The notes under the pieces: generated by a model | Database searches by the model: none | What the model was told of the DNA's origin: nothing | The model's input: only the letters and a program-made list of their open reading frames with translations | In this document: positions 47,354 to 60,442 of the stretch, in pieces | How positions within the stretch are numbered: the stretch's first letter is position 1 | Layout of the letters: the number at the start of each line of letters is the position of its first letter | Assembly: GCF_018350175.1 (NCBI RefSeq) | Contig: NC_058383.1 | Location: 4,900,001-4,964,000 of the forward strand | DNA: 64,000 nucleotides | Source of the DNA: Felis catus | Taxonomy: Eukaryota | Direction of reading: 5' to 3' | Made by a program: the position numbers and the translations under genes

Positions 47354-47559
47354 GTACTTGTTTCTGGCAGGCGGGTGACGGGGTGCCGCGTGCTCCAGAC
47401 CGGTCTTGGAGTTGTGATCTCGTGATCACAAGCACTGCACAGTTGCAGGGACACCGAACAGCCTTTCGCAGGCCTGCGTGAGCACAGCTCTGCTCTCCAA
47501 AAGGGCACAGAGCGGAGACTCTCTTTACACAGAGGGACGGCTCACATCAGATGTCCCAC

Positions 47560-50470
47560 AGAATACGTTGTGAAATGGTCACAAGACGTCTAGGCAACCT
47601 CTGTCTCCTTACGTGACAGAATTTCTTTCCTTGGGATAAGAACTCTTAAGATTCATTTAGCAACTTTCAGTGTTTGTTTATTTTTGAGAGACAGAGAGAC
47701 AAAGAGAGACAGAGCACAAGTGGGGGAAGGGCAGAGAGAGAGGGAGACACAGAATCCGAAGCAGGCTCCGGGCTCCGAGCTGTCAGCGCAGAGCCCGACG
47801 CAGGGCTCAGACCTACAAGCCATGAGATCGTGACCTGAGCTGAAGTCGGACGCTCACCCGACTGAGCCCCCCCGGCGCCCCCCTCTTAGGAGCTTGCAGA
47901 TGTGCCATCTGGGGTTAGTAACTCGTCACCATGCTGTACTTCATCCCCATCGGTCCCCGTGACTTATTTATAATTCGGGCTTTGCGCCCTTGGGCTCCGT
48001 TCACCCCGTCCCCCTGCCCTGCAGCCCTCGCCTCTGGCAGCCACCAGCCTGTATTCTCTGTGTCTGTGAGCTTGGCTTTGGGGGATTTTTTTTTTTTATT
48101 CCACATATAAGTGAGATCATACAGTATTTGTAAAAGTAAATAAGTCTGTCTGACTGATTTCAGTTAGCATAATGCCCTCAGTGTCCATCCGTGTTGTTGC
48201 AAATCGCAGAATTTCATTCTATTTTATGGTCATTGTACATGCACGTGCACACACACCACCTTTTTTCCATTCATGTGCTGATGCATGCTTACGTAGTTCC
48301 CACGTCTTGGCCGTTGCAAATCATGCTGCAGTAAACGTGGGGGTACAGCTCTCTTTTCAAGTTAGTGTCTTCATTTTCTTTGGACACGTACCCAGAAGTG
48401 TAATTGCCGGATGACATGATAGTTCCACGTTTAGGTTTTTGAGGAGACTTCACACTGTTTTCCACAGCGGCTGCACCAGTTTGCTTTCCCACCAGCAGGA
48501 CACCGGGGTTGCCTTTTCTCCGCATCCTCGCCAGCACTCGTTATCTCTTGTTTGGGGACCTTTGTTGTTTTACTAGCCATTCGGACAAGTGTCAGGTGAT
48601 ATCTCGTCGTGGTTTGGATTTGCATTTCCCTGAGAAGTAGTGATGTTGAGCATTTTCACGTACCTGTGGGTCACGTGCATGTCTTTTTTTGGAAAAAAGT
48701 CCATTCGGGGTGCCTGGGTGGCCGTCAGGCATCCGACTCTTGATCTTGGCTCGAGTCTTGATCTCAGGGTCGTGAGTTTGGGCCCCGTGTTGGGCTCCAC
48801 ACTGGGTGTGGAGTCTACTTAAAAAGAAAATGTTTAGGGCCACCTGGGTGACTAGGTCGGTTAAGCGTCTGACTCTTGATTTAAGCTCAGGTCATGATTT
48901 CATGGTTCACAAGATCAGGCCCCATGTGGGGCTCTGCGCTGATAGCATGGAGCCTGCTTGGGATTCTCTCTCTCCCTCCCTCCCTCCTTCTCTCTCTCTC
49001 TGCCTCTCCCCTGCTTGTACGCGTGTGCACTATCTCTCAAAAATAAACATTTAAAGAAAAAAAGGTATTGGACACCTGAATGGCTCAGTCAGTGAAGCAT
49101 CTAACTTCAGCTCAGGTCGTGATCTAACAGTTCGTGAGTTCGAGTCCCACTTTGGGTGAGCCCTGCTTCTCTCTCTGTCTCTCTCTCTCCCCCCTCCCCC
49201 TCCCCCTCCCCCTCCCCCCCTCCCTCCCTCTCTCTCTGTGCCCCTCACTCACTGGTGTCCTCTCTCTCAACAACAAAAACAAAAAAACCACAAAGTGTTG
49301 CTTAAAAAAAAAGAATGTTCTGCTCCTCTGCCCATTTTTTTTTTTAATTTTTTTTTTAACATTTATTTATTTTTGAGACAGAGACAGAGCATGAACAGGG
49401 GAGGGGCAGAGAGAGAGGGAGACACAGAATCTGAAACAGGCTCCAGGCTCTGAGCTGTCAGCACAGAGCCCGACGCGGGGCTCGAACTCACGGACCGTGA
49501 GATCATGACCTGAGCTGAAGTCGACCGCTTAACCGACTGAGCCACCCAGGTGCCCCTGCCCATTTTTAAATCTTACTGTTTTTCTGCTAGTGGGTTGTAT
49601 GCCTTCTTTATATATTTTGGGTATCAACCCCTTGTCAGAGGTATGATTTGCAAATGTTTTCTCCCATTCTGCAGATCGCCTTTTCGTTTTGTCGGTCATT
49701 CCCTTTCTCCGTGCAGAAGCTTTTCGGTTGGATGTGGTCCCTCCCTGTTTAGTTTTGCTTTTGTTGCCTTTGGTTTTGGGGTCAAATCCAAAAAGTCATC
49801 ACTGAGACCAATGTCTGGGAGCTCACTGCCTGTTTTCTTCTGGGAGTTTTATGGTTTCAGGTCTTATATTTAAGTCTTTCCATCATTTTGAGTTGGGTCG
49901 TGTTGTGGTGTCCAGGTTCATTCTTCTGCACGTGGCTTCGGTTCTCCCAGCACCATTGCTTGAAGAGACTGTTCTGGCCGCCTCGTATATTCTTGCTGCT
50001 ATGTTGTAAATTAGTTGGCTTTATTTCTGGGGTGTGTGTCTGTTTTTATGCCAATACCATACTATTTTGATTACTGTAGCTTTATAATATCGTTTGGAAT
50101 CTGGGAGCATGATGCCTCCAGCTTTGCTCTTCGTTGTCAAGATTGCTTTGGTGATTTGGGGTCTTTTGTGGTTCCGCATAAATTTTAGGATTATTTCGTC
50201 TATTTCTGTGAAAAATGCCATTGGAATTTTGATAGGGATTGAGCTGACTCTAGATTGCTTTGGGTAGTGTGGATATTTTGACAGTATTAATTCTCCCAGT
50301 CCGCGAGCATGGAAACCTTCCCATTTATTCTTGTCTTCAGTTCTTTCATCAGGTCTTAGGGTTTCCAGTGCACACGTCTTGCCCCTCCTTGGTTAAATTG
50401 ATTCCTTCATGTTTTTGGGGTGCAACTGTAAGTCGGATTGCTTTCTTATTTTTCTTTCTGATAGCTCATT
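47560..50470 (-). mobile_element. Antisense L1 (3' UTR plus ORF2 C-terminal remnants) with five nested SINEs (- 47670-47882; + 48707-48830, 48837-49062, 49069-49290; - 49335-49556)
   Basis: Minus-strand ORFs give ORF2-like MQIQTTTRYHLTLVRMA and [26 protein letters not shown]...[18 protein letters not shown]; frames broken. Confidence 0.88.
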
Positions 50471-50497
50471 AGCTTATGCCAACAACAGATTCCTATA

Positions 50498-51410
50498 TAC
50501 AAGTACATACCTTGTGTTATTGTGCTTCGCAGGTACTGCTTCACTTTTTAAATTTTTTTTAAATAAGTAAAGGTTTGTGGCAGCCCTGCCTTAAGCAAGT
50601 TTGTTGGGACCACTTTTCAAACAGCATCAGCTCACTTTATGTCTTTGTCACATTTTAAAGGTTCTTGCAGTATTTCAATTTTTTTCATTTTGTTATGTTG
50701 ACGTGTGATGGGTGGTTATGACTCACTGAAAGTTCCGATGATGGTTAGCATTTTTTAGCAATAAAGTATTAAAAAAAATTTTTTTTTTTACATTTATTTA
50801 TTTTTGAGAGACAGAGACAGAGCACAAGCAGGGTAGGGGCAGAGAGAGCATGAGACACAGAATCCAAAGCAGGCTCCAGGCTCGGAGCTGTCAGCACAGA
50901 GCCTGAGGCAGGGCTCGAACTCACAAACTGTGAGATCATGACCTGAGTCGAAGTCGAATGCCTAAACGACTGAGCCACCCAGGCGCCCCACAATAAAGTA
51001 TTTTTTAATTACAGTGTGTACATTGTTTTTGTAGACACATCATTGCACACTTTAAATAGACACTGCACACTTGGGGCCCCTGGGTGGCTCAGTGGGTTAA
51101 GCGTCTGACTTTGGCTCAGGTCATGATCTCGCAGCTCATGAGTTTGAGCCCCGCCTCAGACTCTGCTGACAGGTCAGAGCCTGGAGCCTGCTTCAGATTC
51201 TGTGTCTCATTCTCTCTCTGCCCCTCCCCTGCTTGAGCTCTGTCTCTCTCTCTCGAATATAAAGAAACATTAAAAAAAGTTAAATAGATGTTGCACACTT
51301 AATAGACTGCAACGCGTGTAAACAGAACTTCTCTGTGCTGGGAAACCAAATGATACACGTTAGTCGCTGTACCGCAGTATTTGCTTTACTGCAACCGAAC
51401 CTGCGTAACA
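50498..51410 (+). mobile_element. Internally deleted Tigger1-like DNA transposon with two nested SINEs (- 50778-50989, + 51073-51290)
   Basis: 5' TACATACCTTGTGTTATTGTGCTTCGC...AGGTTTGTGGCAGCCCTG and 3' ATGACTCACTGAAAG...GATGATGGTTAGCATTTTTTAGCAATAAAGTATT...TTGCACACTTAATAGACT resemble Tigger1 ends; recall. Confidence 0.7.
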
Positions 51411-51744
51411 CTGTGCCCCATGTTATGTCTGGAGTCGTCCTGTAGCCTACAACTCTCCTGAATTTGTTTCCTGATTATTTTTTTAAGTTCGAAAGTATAT
51501 TTTTCTTTTCTTAACATACTTAATCCTACATCATTTTCTGTCCTAATGATAAAAGAAGTTTGTGCTATAATTTAAAAAGAAGGAAAAAGGGGAGGAAAAA
51601 AGAAATTTGTATCCATCATGGAAGTTTTGGAAAATGTAAAAAAGTGGAAAGATCAGAGATTTTCTACCCAGAAATCACACTGGAACTATTTAGGTTTGTT
51701 TACTTCTAGCTGCTTGTGTGTGGCTATGTTTTACAAATTAACAG

Positions 51745-53856
51745 TTTTTACTTACTTGAGAGAGAGAGCAGAAGCTGGAGAGGGGCAGAAAGAGAGAAAG
51801 ACACAATCTTAAGCTGGTTCCATGCTCAGCGTCAAGTCTGACAACACAGGGCTGGATCCCACAGCCCTGAGATCGTGACCTGAGCTAAAAATCAAGAGTT
51901 GGCCCAATCAACTGAGCCAGCCAGTCGCCCAGATGTAATATTTTGTATACATTATATCCTTAAATATTGTTTGAGAGCATGTTTTTTATGTAGCTGCTGA
52001 GTATTCTATTACCTGGTTATGCCATTTTTATTCTGTGGATGGAAATTTACATTTTGTGTTACTATTGACAATTATATTTAATAATTATAATTCCGTCCAT
52101 TATATTTATATATAAATATTTGTATACCTTTCCAATTTTTAAAGCTTTTTTTTTTTTTTTTTAATGTTTATTACTTTTGAGAGAGAGACAGAGCGTGAGC
52201 CAGAGAGGGGCAGAGAGAGAGGGAGACACAGAATCTGAAGCAGACTCCAGACTCTGAGCTCTCAGCACAGAGCCAGATGCGGGACACGAACTCACCAACT
52301 GTGAGATTATGACCTGAGCTTAACCCACTAAGCCACCCAGGTGCCCCTTAAAGCTCTTTTTATGTTAAAATATACACTTATACATATCAAAAGATATGAA
52401 TGACTTCTAAAAAAATTTTTTTAATATTTATTTTTGAGAGAGAGACAGAGAGGAAGCCGGCGAGGGCAGGGAGAGAGGGAGACACAGAATCCGAAGCAGG
52501 CTCCAGTCTCTGAGCTGACAGCACAGAGCCTGATGTTGGGCTCAAACCCACAAACTGCGAGATCATGACCTGAACCAAAGTCGGACATTTAACTGACTGA
52601 GCCACCCAGGCGCCCCAACAGGAATGACTTTTTATTTTTATTTTTTTATGTTTTTATTTTATTTTGAGAGAGTGTGATCAGGGAAGGGGCAGAGAGAGAG
52701 GGAGACACAGAATCCAAAGCAGGCTTCAGGCTCCAAGCTGTCGGCACACAGCCCGACGCGGGGCTCGAACTCATAGACTATGAGATCGTGACCTAAGCCA
52801 AAGCCGGACGCCCAACCGACTGAGCCACCCAGGTGCCCCAGGAATGACTTTTTAACTGAATTCTTAGATTGTGAAACATTTAATACAAAATTTACATTTT
52901 CTGAGAAGGATAAGCAAACATCTTTACAACGTGGATGCATTTTGCCATGTGAAGAAAAGTCTACGCACAAGACCTATTGTAGGATTCCAGTTATCTCACC
53001 TCCTGGGGTGGGGGTGGGATTGATGGCCAGAGGACACAGGGGGCCCTTGGGGGTGCTGGAAACGTTCTTTATTGTGATGGTGGTGGCAGTTAAGCAGTTA
53101 AAGCATTTGTCAGGACTTGTCCACTCACACTGGGTGATTTTGCTGTGTCCACCTCAATAAAGTGGATTTAAAAATACACACAGCTCTCCGTACCCACATT
53201 GAGAAACCAAGCGTTCAGTGACTTAGAATTCCCTGTGCGTCCTCTCCTTCCCCATCCTGACCTTTGTGAAAATTCTTCCTTTGCTTTAAAAAGTAGTTTT
53301 ACCGCTTATATTCAGGTCTCCACATAGCAGTTTGGATTTGTGTGGTTTCAGAATTTATAGAACTGGATTCCTTGTCTGTTGAGTTTCTACTTTGGTGGTG
53401 TTCCTTTTGCCCATTTTTCTGTCAGGTCGTCTTTTGCTTCCTCGATCTGCAAACACGTACATTATGTAGTCCGTTCTTTAGCAGCTGCAAGTAAGTGTCG
53501 TGAATATGCTCTCCTGGTCCTCAATGTGCTTTGTACTTGCATTGAGTCCTGTCTTCACTTCCTTCCGTTCTTGATTTTAACCTTCACTTGTCAACCTTTT
53601 CATTTATGATTTTTGTTTCTTATTTAAGAAATCTTTTTCAGGGCACCTGGGTGGCTCAGTCGGTTGAGCGTCCGACTTTGGCTCAGGTCATGATCTCATA
53701 GTTTGTGGGTTTGAGCCCCGCATCAGGCTCTGTGCTGACCGTTTGCTCAGAGCCTGGAGCCTGTTTCAGATTCTGTGTCTCTTTCTCTCTCTGCCCTTCT
53801 CCCGCTCACGCTTTGTCTCACTCTGTTTCTCAAAAATAAATAAATGTAAAAAAAAA
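51745..53856. mobile_element. Can-SINEs: - 51745-51930, - 52146-52347, - 52414-52616, - 52630-52839, + 53640-53856
   Basis: Canonical bodies; TSDs CAGGAATGACTTTTTA and TTTAAGAAATCTTTTTC. Confidence 0.9.
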
Positions 53857-54989
53857 TTTTTTTTTTTAAGAAATCTTTTTCTATCCTAAGGATTCGAAGC
53901 TCATCTTCTTTATTCCAACAGCTCTTAGTCTGGCCTTTCACCTTTAGGTAGATCTTTAGTCTGTGTTTAATTGCGTTTTTGTGTGCGGTGTGAGTCTGGG
54001 ATCCAGTCATTTCCCCCTCACACAGCGCAACATCGTAGCCCTTCCCCTGCTGCCAACACGAAGTGTTGGCCTCTGGTGGTGCAAATCTAGTGTGCCTTTT
54101 GCTTTTGCAAGAGCTTCGTGGCTGTTCTTAGCCCTTTGCACCTCATATCAGTTTTGGGATCAACTTTGCAAGTTCTGTAAACAAAAAGCTTAGTTCTTAT
54201 TTCAGCTGTCTTTACTTTCTAGTTCACTCTGGAGGTAACTAACACATTACTGAGCCTTCCAGCCTTTGAACATAAAGTCGCTTTTCAAGTATTCCGGGGA
54301 CCCTTTAATGTCTTCCAATTAAATTTTATCATTTTCACCTTTGGCTGACGTAGATCAAGCTCATAGAAATTTGTCTTTTGTCTTGTATCCAACAGCCTTG
54401 TTAAATTTCCCTATTAATTAGAATTCCTCTGCAGATGCTTTTTTTTTTTTTAATTGTATATAATAACTTCACAAATGACAGTTTTCTTTTTTTTTTTTTT
54501 TCCCTTTCGGGGCTGATCACCATTAAAATGTCCTGTGTCCTTTTGCAGTCAGTCCCTTCCACCCACCCCCAGGTATCCAAGGATCCTTTTGTCACTGTAG
54601 TTTTCTCTTCTCCACCCTGTCATAAATGGAATCCTACAATATGCTGTCTTTTGTGTTGCGTTTCTTTTACTCAGTAAGGTGCATCCAGGTTACATGGGTG
54701 TTTGCTTTTTTCCTAAGTGCTTGTAGAATCTCCTTTTAATGTATCTTGCTTGAAAGGTTCAGATCCCCCAATCTGTGAAGGCCTAGTCACATGTGGCAGA
54801 TGGCTGCCTCTGCGGTCTCCCACTCCTTGGGGGCCTCCCATCAGACAGGCATTACTGCCTTGCTCTTACTGCACGTTGTGAACTTGTCTCTCGTACCTTG
54901 TCTCTTTGTTTCTAGTGCTACCTTCTGGATAGTTCTTCGGATTCCTGTACGAGATCACTAATGCTCTCTTCAGTGCTTATGATCATCTT

Positions 54990-56850
54990 AAAATGGAATT
55001 TTCATACAGAAATTACAAATTCAAACCAAGGTCAAAAGAGCAGAAGCCACCATTTAATCAGCTTCAGTAGTTTACTAACACGCCGAATCTTCAGGTACCC
55101 CCTGCTTCCCACAGATCCCATGGCACGATTACTTTGATGCAAATCTGAGACCTATCATTTTATCCGTAAATATGCTGATTTCTATAGCATAGAGCACTTT
55201 TTTAAAAAGTTAATAATTTCTTCGTACCAATAACTAACTGATCACGTTCTCCCAATGATCTCATAAATGTTATAAATTCCAAACAAGATTCTCACATTGG
55301 ATATAGTGGATTTGTCTTGTAACTGTATTTTTTTTGTTAGTTTTTAATCACATTTAGTAGTGTACATGCAGGCAATCCAGACAACACAAATTCTGTAAAC
55401 TCTCTTAATGTATAGATTTCTCATTTCCCTCTATTTCCAAAACAAGTTACTTGTTGTGGAGAATCCACATTCTGGATTTCCTTTCTTGTATATTCACCAT
55501 GTCACGTAACGTGCTCCTGCGTACCGCTGGCTGTGTGTCCTAGAAGATGGTAATTGTGTCTAGAAACTTGACAGACTCAGGGTTGATTTTTTTTGACAGT
55601 AATGAGTGGTGGGAATGGTACGTGATTCCTATTGGATCACCTCAGGAGACACCGGTCTGCTGGGCTCTGTGACGTTGGCAGCTGGTAACTGATATGTACA
55701 TATTTTATTAGAGATTGCAAGATGTTGATATTCTGGCATTCCTTCTACAGTTATTAGCCAAAAATTCAAAAAAAAACAAAAAAACCCAATACTTTTCTTC
55801 CAAGTACTTGGTTATCTGAGGTATAAGCTTCTCACAGTTTAAGCAGAACAGATGCATGAATGCTTGACTCTTTCCCTCTCCTTAGCTGTGTGCCGAGTGC
55901 TGAATCGGTATTCTAGCATTCTCCAGAGGTGGACCTTAATTCTTTGAAACTATCTCAGCCCATTGCAGCAGAGTTGCTGATGTTCCCACGGTCCCCTTTT
56001 GGCCAGCGGAGTCCCTTCAAACCAGGCTCCTCGCCCTGCCACGGCCCCGGCTGTCGGACAGGTGTCTCCTTTCTGGCACCACAAGACGGTCTCAGGTTTC
56101 TTGCCCGGTCCTGCCATCTGGAAGCGGCAGCCATCTCCCCACGGAGTACCGTGTTGTTTTTGAGTAGGAAATGGTATTAGAGACTGTCACCTGGGCACCG
56201 GGTGCCCCATTCCTGCCAGGCGGGGTCACGGTTTCTAGGCCTTTTCGGTGCTAAGAGGTAGGAAATGCTGTTGTTACCCCAAAGAGGAAATGTATCCTTA
56301 CTTCATATTGACACTTTCAACTTAAAGATCGGGATTTTTACCGCAACTGTATCTTTTTTTCTCTTATGCTAAAAATCTCGGTCTCCTTGAGCCCCGGTTT
56401 TTAGTAGGTCCACAGAGCCGTGTGCGCACCGACGTATGTGTGCAGAGGCCACACAGACTGATCACTTTCGGAATGCTCATAGTGGGAGGATTGCTGCAGG
56501 CGATTTGGGTTTTTTTACACTTGGTTTTGTTCTTATGGAACATCCCCCCCAGGGATGGACAGCCAACTTCTGTTGTTGGAAGCTCACCTGAAATAATCCT
56601 TCCGTTTGGCTAACACACCGCTAGGTTCATTTCTTTCACCCTCGATGTTAGGAATTGCTTTCCTTCTTTTAATTTTTATGATTATGTAAAACAATGACAT
56701 GGTTCCAAAGACAACTCTACAGAGCAAGAGACACTCAGAGAGATCTCCTTTCCATCCTTCTTCCCTGAGGTCACCGTTAGTTTTTAACTTGGCTTTTCCA
56801 TAATTCTCACCTATTTACATATAAAAGCAAATACGTATACCACTTTGCAT
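54990..56850 (-). mobile_element. Degraded old L1 (L1MC-like) 3' region
   Basis: ATTACTTTGATGCAAATCTGAGACCTATCATTTTATCCGTAAATA...AAACAAGATTCTCACATTG... typical of antisense L1MC; low certainty. Confidence 0.45.
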
Positions 56851-57099
56851 TCCTCCTCCTCTTCGATAAAAGGTAGCTAAGTCTTCATGCTGCCGTGGGT
56901 GTTGTTGTAACTTGTAACTTGACCGTGTGTCCTGAGGCCACCCTCACTCTCCTGCTGCTAAGGACTCGGTACTCCCTGGACGTGCTGTGGTGTATGAATT
57001 GAACAGCTCTCCAGGGGTGGACGTTGGCGTTTCCAGCCTCTGCTGTTGTAAGCAGTGATAGCCTTTTGTATCTGTCCTTCTCCGTTTTTGCCAGTTGGT

Positions 57100-57303
57100 G
57101 TTTTTTCTTTGAAGTGTATTTATTTTGAGAGAGCGCGCACACCCCTGCACGAGCCGGGAGGGGCAGAGGAGGAGAGATTGATTCCCAAGCAGGCTCCCGC
57201 TGTCTTTGCAGAGCCCGACTTGGGCTTGAGCCACGAACTGTGAGATCATGACCTGAGCCGAAATGGAGTCGGATGCTGAAGCAACTGAGCCCCCCGGGAG
57301 CCC
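57100..57303 (-). mobile_element. Can-SINE
   Basis: Diverged antisense body. Confidence 0.8.
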
Positions 57304-57604
57304 AGCCAGAGTGTCTGTTAGGTCCCTCCAAGCGGGGCTGCGGGGGCAAAGGGTACAAGCACGCGCGTGGCCTGCCGTCTCGATCCGGCTGACGGCTGTT
57401 GTGGCTTTACTAGAATCCGGGAAGGAGTCGCTCCGACTGGATGCTCTCCACTTTCTCTTCCCCTTTTTTAAAGGGTAGAGAACAGCCCAGGTCTCTGAAA
57501 ACTGACCTCGGTCACCTGGCAAAGTTGCTTGATTTCTCTTTGGAGCTCTTTGTGGGCAATATAATCCTGAAACTTGACAAATGTTTATCTTTCTGAAATT
57601 TCAG

Positions 57605-57673
57605 CAAATCCCTTTATGAACACTCCAAGAACTTCACCGTGTCGCTTGTGCTAGGCAAGGATATCATCCCCAG
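57605..57673 (+). CDS. DAGLB: DAGLB coding exon 12 (69 nt), catalytic aspartate
   Basis: [35 protein letters not shown]; Asp at codon 495. Confidence 0.96.
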
Positions 57674-57755
57674 GTGAGTCTGCCGGCGCTTCCTCGGGGC
57701 TCGGGGCAGCTGAAAGACCGGATTTTGAGCTTCAATCTGGTCTTCTGCTAAACAG

Positions 57756-57828
57756 GTTAAGTGTGACCAACTTGGAAGATTTGAAGAAGAGAATCTTGCG
57801 AGTGATCGCGCACTGTAACAAGCCCAAG
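57756..57828 (+). CDS. DAGLB: DAGLB coding exon 13 (73 nt)
   Basis: [37 protein letters not shown]. Confidence 0.96.
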
Positions 57829-58304
57829 GTAACCTGGGGGTGCCCGGAAGAGGGTCTGCAGGAGTTGGAGGCTGTGTGTGCCCCGAGAGGAAGTTTCTCA
57901 ATTCAGAGGCTCTTAGCCCAGCGCATTCGATGCCGTTGCCTGAGGCTCTCTCTCCCCGGGGTACAGCTTCCATCTGGGTCTCGGGGCCGATGCCAAGGAA
58001 AGCACACGGCTCAGTCCTGAAATGCCACGGTTAGAGACTGTGGTAGAACCTTCCCTGTTCCACTTCAGTGATGCGCTTTCTTTGCCCTGTCTTGTGACCA
58101 ACAGTATTCTGATGCTTTTGGTCCCAAAGCTTAGAAAATAAGGCTGCCAAATAGAGTTTAAGAATTATTAGTATACCATGGAATGTTGTAGTCATTAGAA
58201 ATGGTGACATAAATTTACATTTACCAATAGAGAAAGATATCCATGATGTACTGAGAAAAAAAACACATTTTTTTTTTTTTTTTAAGGGCAGATTTAAAAA
58301 TGAT

Positions 58305-58514
58305 CCACTTCAGCTCAGGTCATGATCTCTCAGTTCGTGGGTTCAAGCCCCGCATCAGGCTCTCTTGACAGCTCAGAGCCTGCTTCCAATCCTCTGTTTG
58401 CCTCTCTCTGCCCCTCCCCCAATTGAGCTCACTCTCTCAAAAGAAACATACATATATATATATATGTATATATATATATACATATATATGTGTGTGTATA
58501 TATATATACATATA

Positions 58515-58547
<33 letters not shown>

Positions 58548-58780
58548 GTATATATATATTTTTTTTTTTTTTTTTTTTTAAGGATTCTCAGGGGCACCTG
58601 GGTGGCTCAGTCAACTAAGCATCCGGCTCTTGATTTTGGCTCAGGTCATGATTTCACGGTGCAGGAGATCGAGCCCCGTGTCAGGTGTCGACATCATAGA
58701 GCCTGCTTGGGATTCTTTCTTGCCCTTCTCCCTGGCTCACAGTCTCTCTCTCTCTCAAAATAAATGAACATTTAAAAAAG
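58305..58780 (+). mobile_element. Two sense Can-SINEs separated by a microsatellite
   Basis: 5'-truncated copy at 58305-58445 and full copy at 58590-58780. Confidence 0.85.
58448..58579. repeat. Compound (TA)n/(TG)n microsatellite followed by poly-T
   Basis: Read directly. Confidence 0.95.
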
Positions 58781-59267
58781 TAATATAAAAATGATTCTTA
58801 GAGGTATGTTTGAAGGCAGCGGATGATAGGTGGTAACAAGGATGTAGAGTTTTTGATGATTTAATTTACTATGAAAACAAAGTTTACTGACTTTCAAAAA
58901 AATTCTTTTAATAAGCTTTCTCCTTACCAACTACTCCCCACTCCTCAAATTTTTAAAAAGTAATGTGCTTAAGGGAAAGAACGAAGCTGGTTGGCAGAAC
59001 TGCTTAAAAAGAATTAAGGGTCACTTTTTCTCAAAATCTGTATGATGTGGTTTTTACTGTTGCTTCAAGTTTGATGTGGCTTCGTTGTGCAAGAGATACA
59101 GGAGTTCGGGCCACTGAGGTCCACGCTCCTAAGACCCGTGGTTTAAACAAACCAGGGAGGCATTTGAGCTCTGAGGTCACCGTCCCGCAGCAAGTGCTGT
59201 GGTCCGAGGTCTGTGTGGCCCGGGAAGGACCGGGTAACAGGCACCTGCCTTCTTGCTCTGCCCTCAG

Positions 59268-59518
59268 TACAAGATCCTGCTGCGCGGGTGCTGGTATGAG
59301 CTGTTCGGAGGCGACCCTGACAACCTTCCAACAGAGCTGGACGGGGGCGCCCAGGGACACCTGACGCAGCCGCTTCTGGGGGAGCAGAGCCTGCTGACGC
59401 ACGGGTCCCCGACATACAGCTTCTCCAGCGACTCCCCCCTGGAGTCCCCCGCCAAGTACCCCCATCTCTACCCTCCCGGCAGGATCATCCACCTGGAGGA
59501 AGAAGGCACCTCAGGGAG
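59268..59518 (+). CDS. DAGLB: DAGLB coding exon 14 (251 nt)
   Basis: [34 protein letters not shown]...[24 protein letters not shown]. Confidence 0.97.
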
Positions 59519-59607
59519 GTGAGTGCGGGCGGCGTGGCTCGGTCCCCCTTGACACGCGCTTCCAGCCAAGGGGGGCGCTCCGCTAGTTCAGCTTCTGTCT
59601 GTCTCAG

Positions 59608-59803
59608 GTTTTGCCGCGCCGCCGCTCGGTACAGTGCGAGGTGGGCACACGAATCACAGTTCAGCAAAATACTCATCGGCCCGAAGATGTTAACGGACCA
59701 CATGCCCGACGTCCTGATGAAAGCCTTGGACAGCGTGGTGTCCGACAGGGCCGCCTACGTTTTCTGTCCCCCCGGAGGTGGCTCCAACGTGGACGTGGTG
59801 TAA
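59608..59803 (+). CDS. DAGLB: DAGLB coding exon 15 (196 nt, includes stop), catalytic histidine
   Basis: [51 protein letters not shown]...NVDVV TAA; exons sum to 2016 nt = 671 aa; His at codon 638. Confidence 0.97.
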
Positions 59804-60436
59804 GTAGAGCTACTCTAAACCGCTCGAGGACGGCAGACTCACACTTTTGTTCTTACGTGGACAGTAGCAGAGTGACGTCCGTGATGCCGGTGGATGTCCG
59901 TCGATAGGAATCCGACAGGTACTAGATTTGGTGGTCTTCTGAATCATGGAACGATTTGGGAAGTCATTTTGGTCACAGTGTTAACAAGATCGGGTGTCAG
60001 GAGAGAACATGGAGATGACGGGACTCGTGTAGGAAGCTTCGGGAAGCTCCAGGGCAATTCCCTGATGATCTCAGAACCGTCCCAGCAAAAGTTGGGATCC
60101 ACGGCCAGGTTTAAGGACCTGACAGATCTGTGGACTCTCACCCGCCCCCCCCCCCCCCCCCCCCCCCCCCGTCCCACCTGTTCACTGACAGGGTCTTGTC
60201 TTACCACTGTTTAGGAGTCTGAACCCGGCAGACTGGATTTTCCTGGCTACACAATCTTAGTGCGTCACTGTAAGGGTACGGACGGGTCTTCTGGGTGGCG
60301 CTAAGGGTCAGCCCCGAGGTCAGGCTGGGAACTGGGGCCACTGCTCCTCGGCACTCCAGCCTCAACATCAAGCTGCTTTATTTTCACCTGTTACTTTGGC
60401 TTTTGGACCTCAGCCGTGGATTCCGAGGGAGTTTAT

Positions 60437-60442
60437 AATAAA
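60437..60442 (+). terminator. DAGLB: Polyadenylation signal of DAGLB
   Basis: First AATAAA after the stop (about 630 nt UTR), followed by GU-rich GTGTCGTTCGTGTCTGT. Confidence 0.8.

Noticed and set aside
48289..50221. ORFs resembling L1 ORF2
   Set aside because: Frameshifted, SINE-interrupted L1 remnants; not an active element or a domesticated gene
57751..57762. AG|GTTAAGT at the start of DAGLB exon 13 as a recursive splice site
   Set aside because: Flanking introns are short, the donor match is imperfect, and the sequence is explained by coding (RLSV)
3972..59607. Intronic snoRNA or miRNA genes
   Set aside because: No convincing C/D box pair with terminal stem, H/ACA fold or pre-miRNA hairpin seen by eye; an Infernal/Rfam scan would be needed to exclude them
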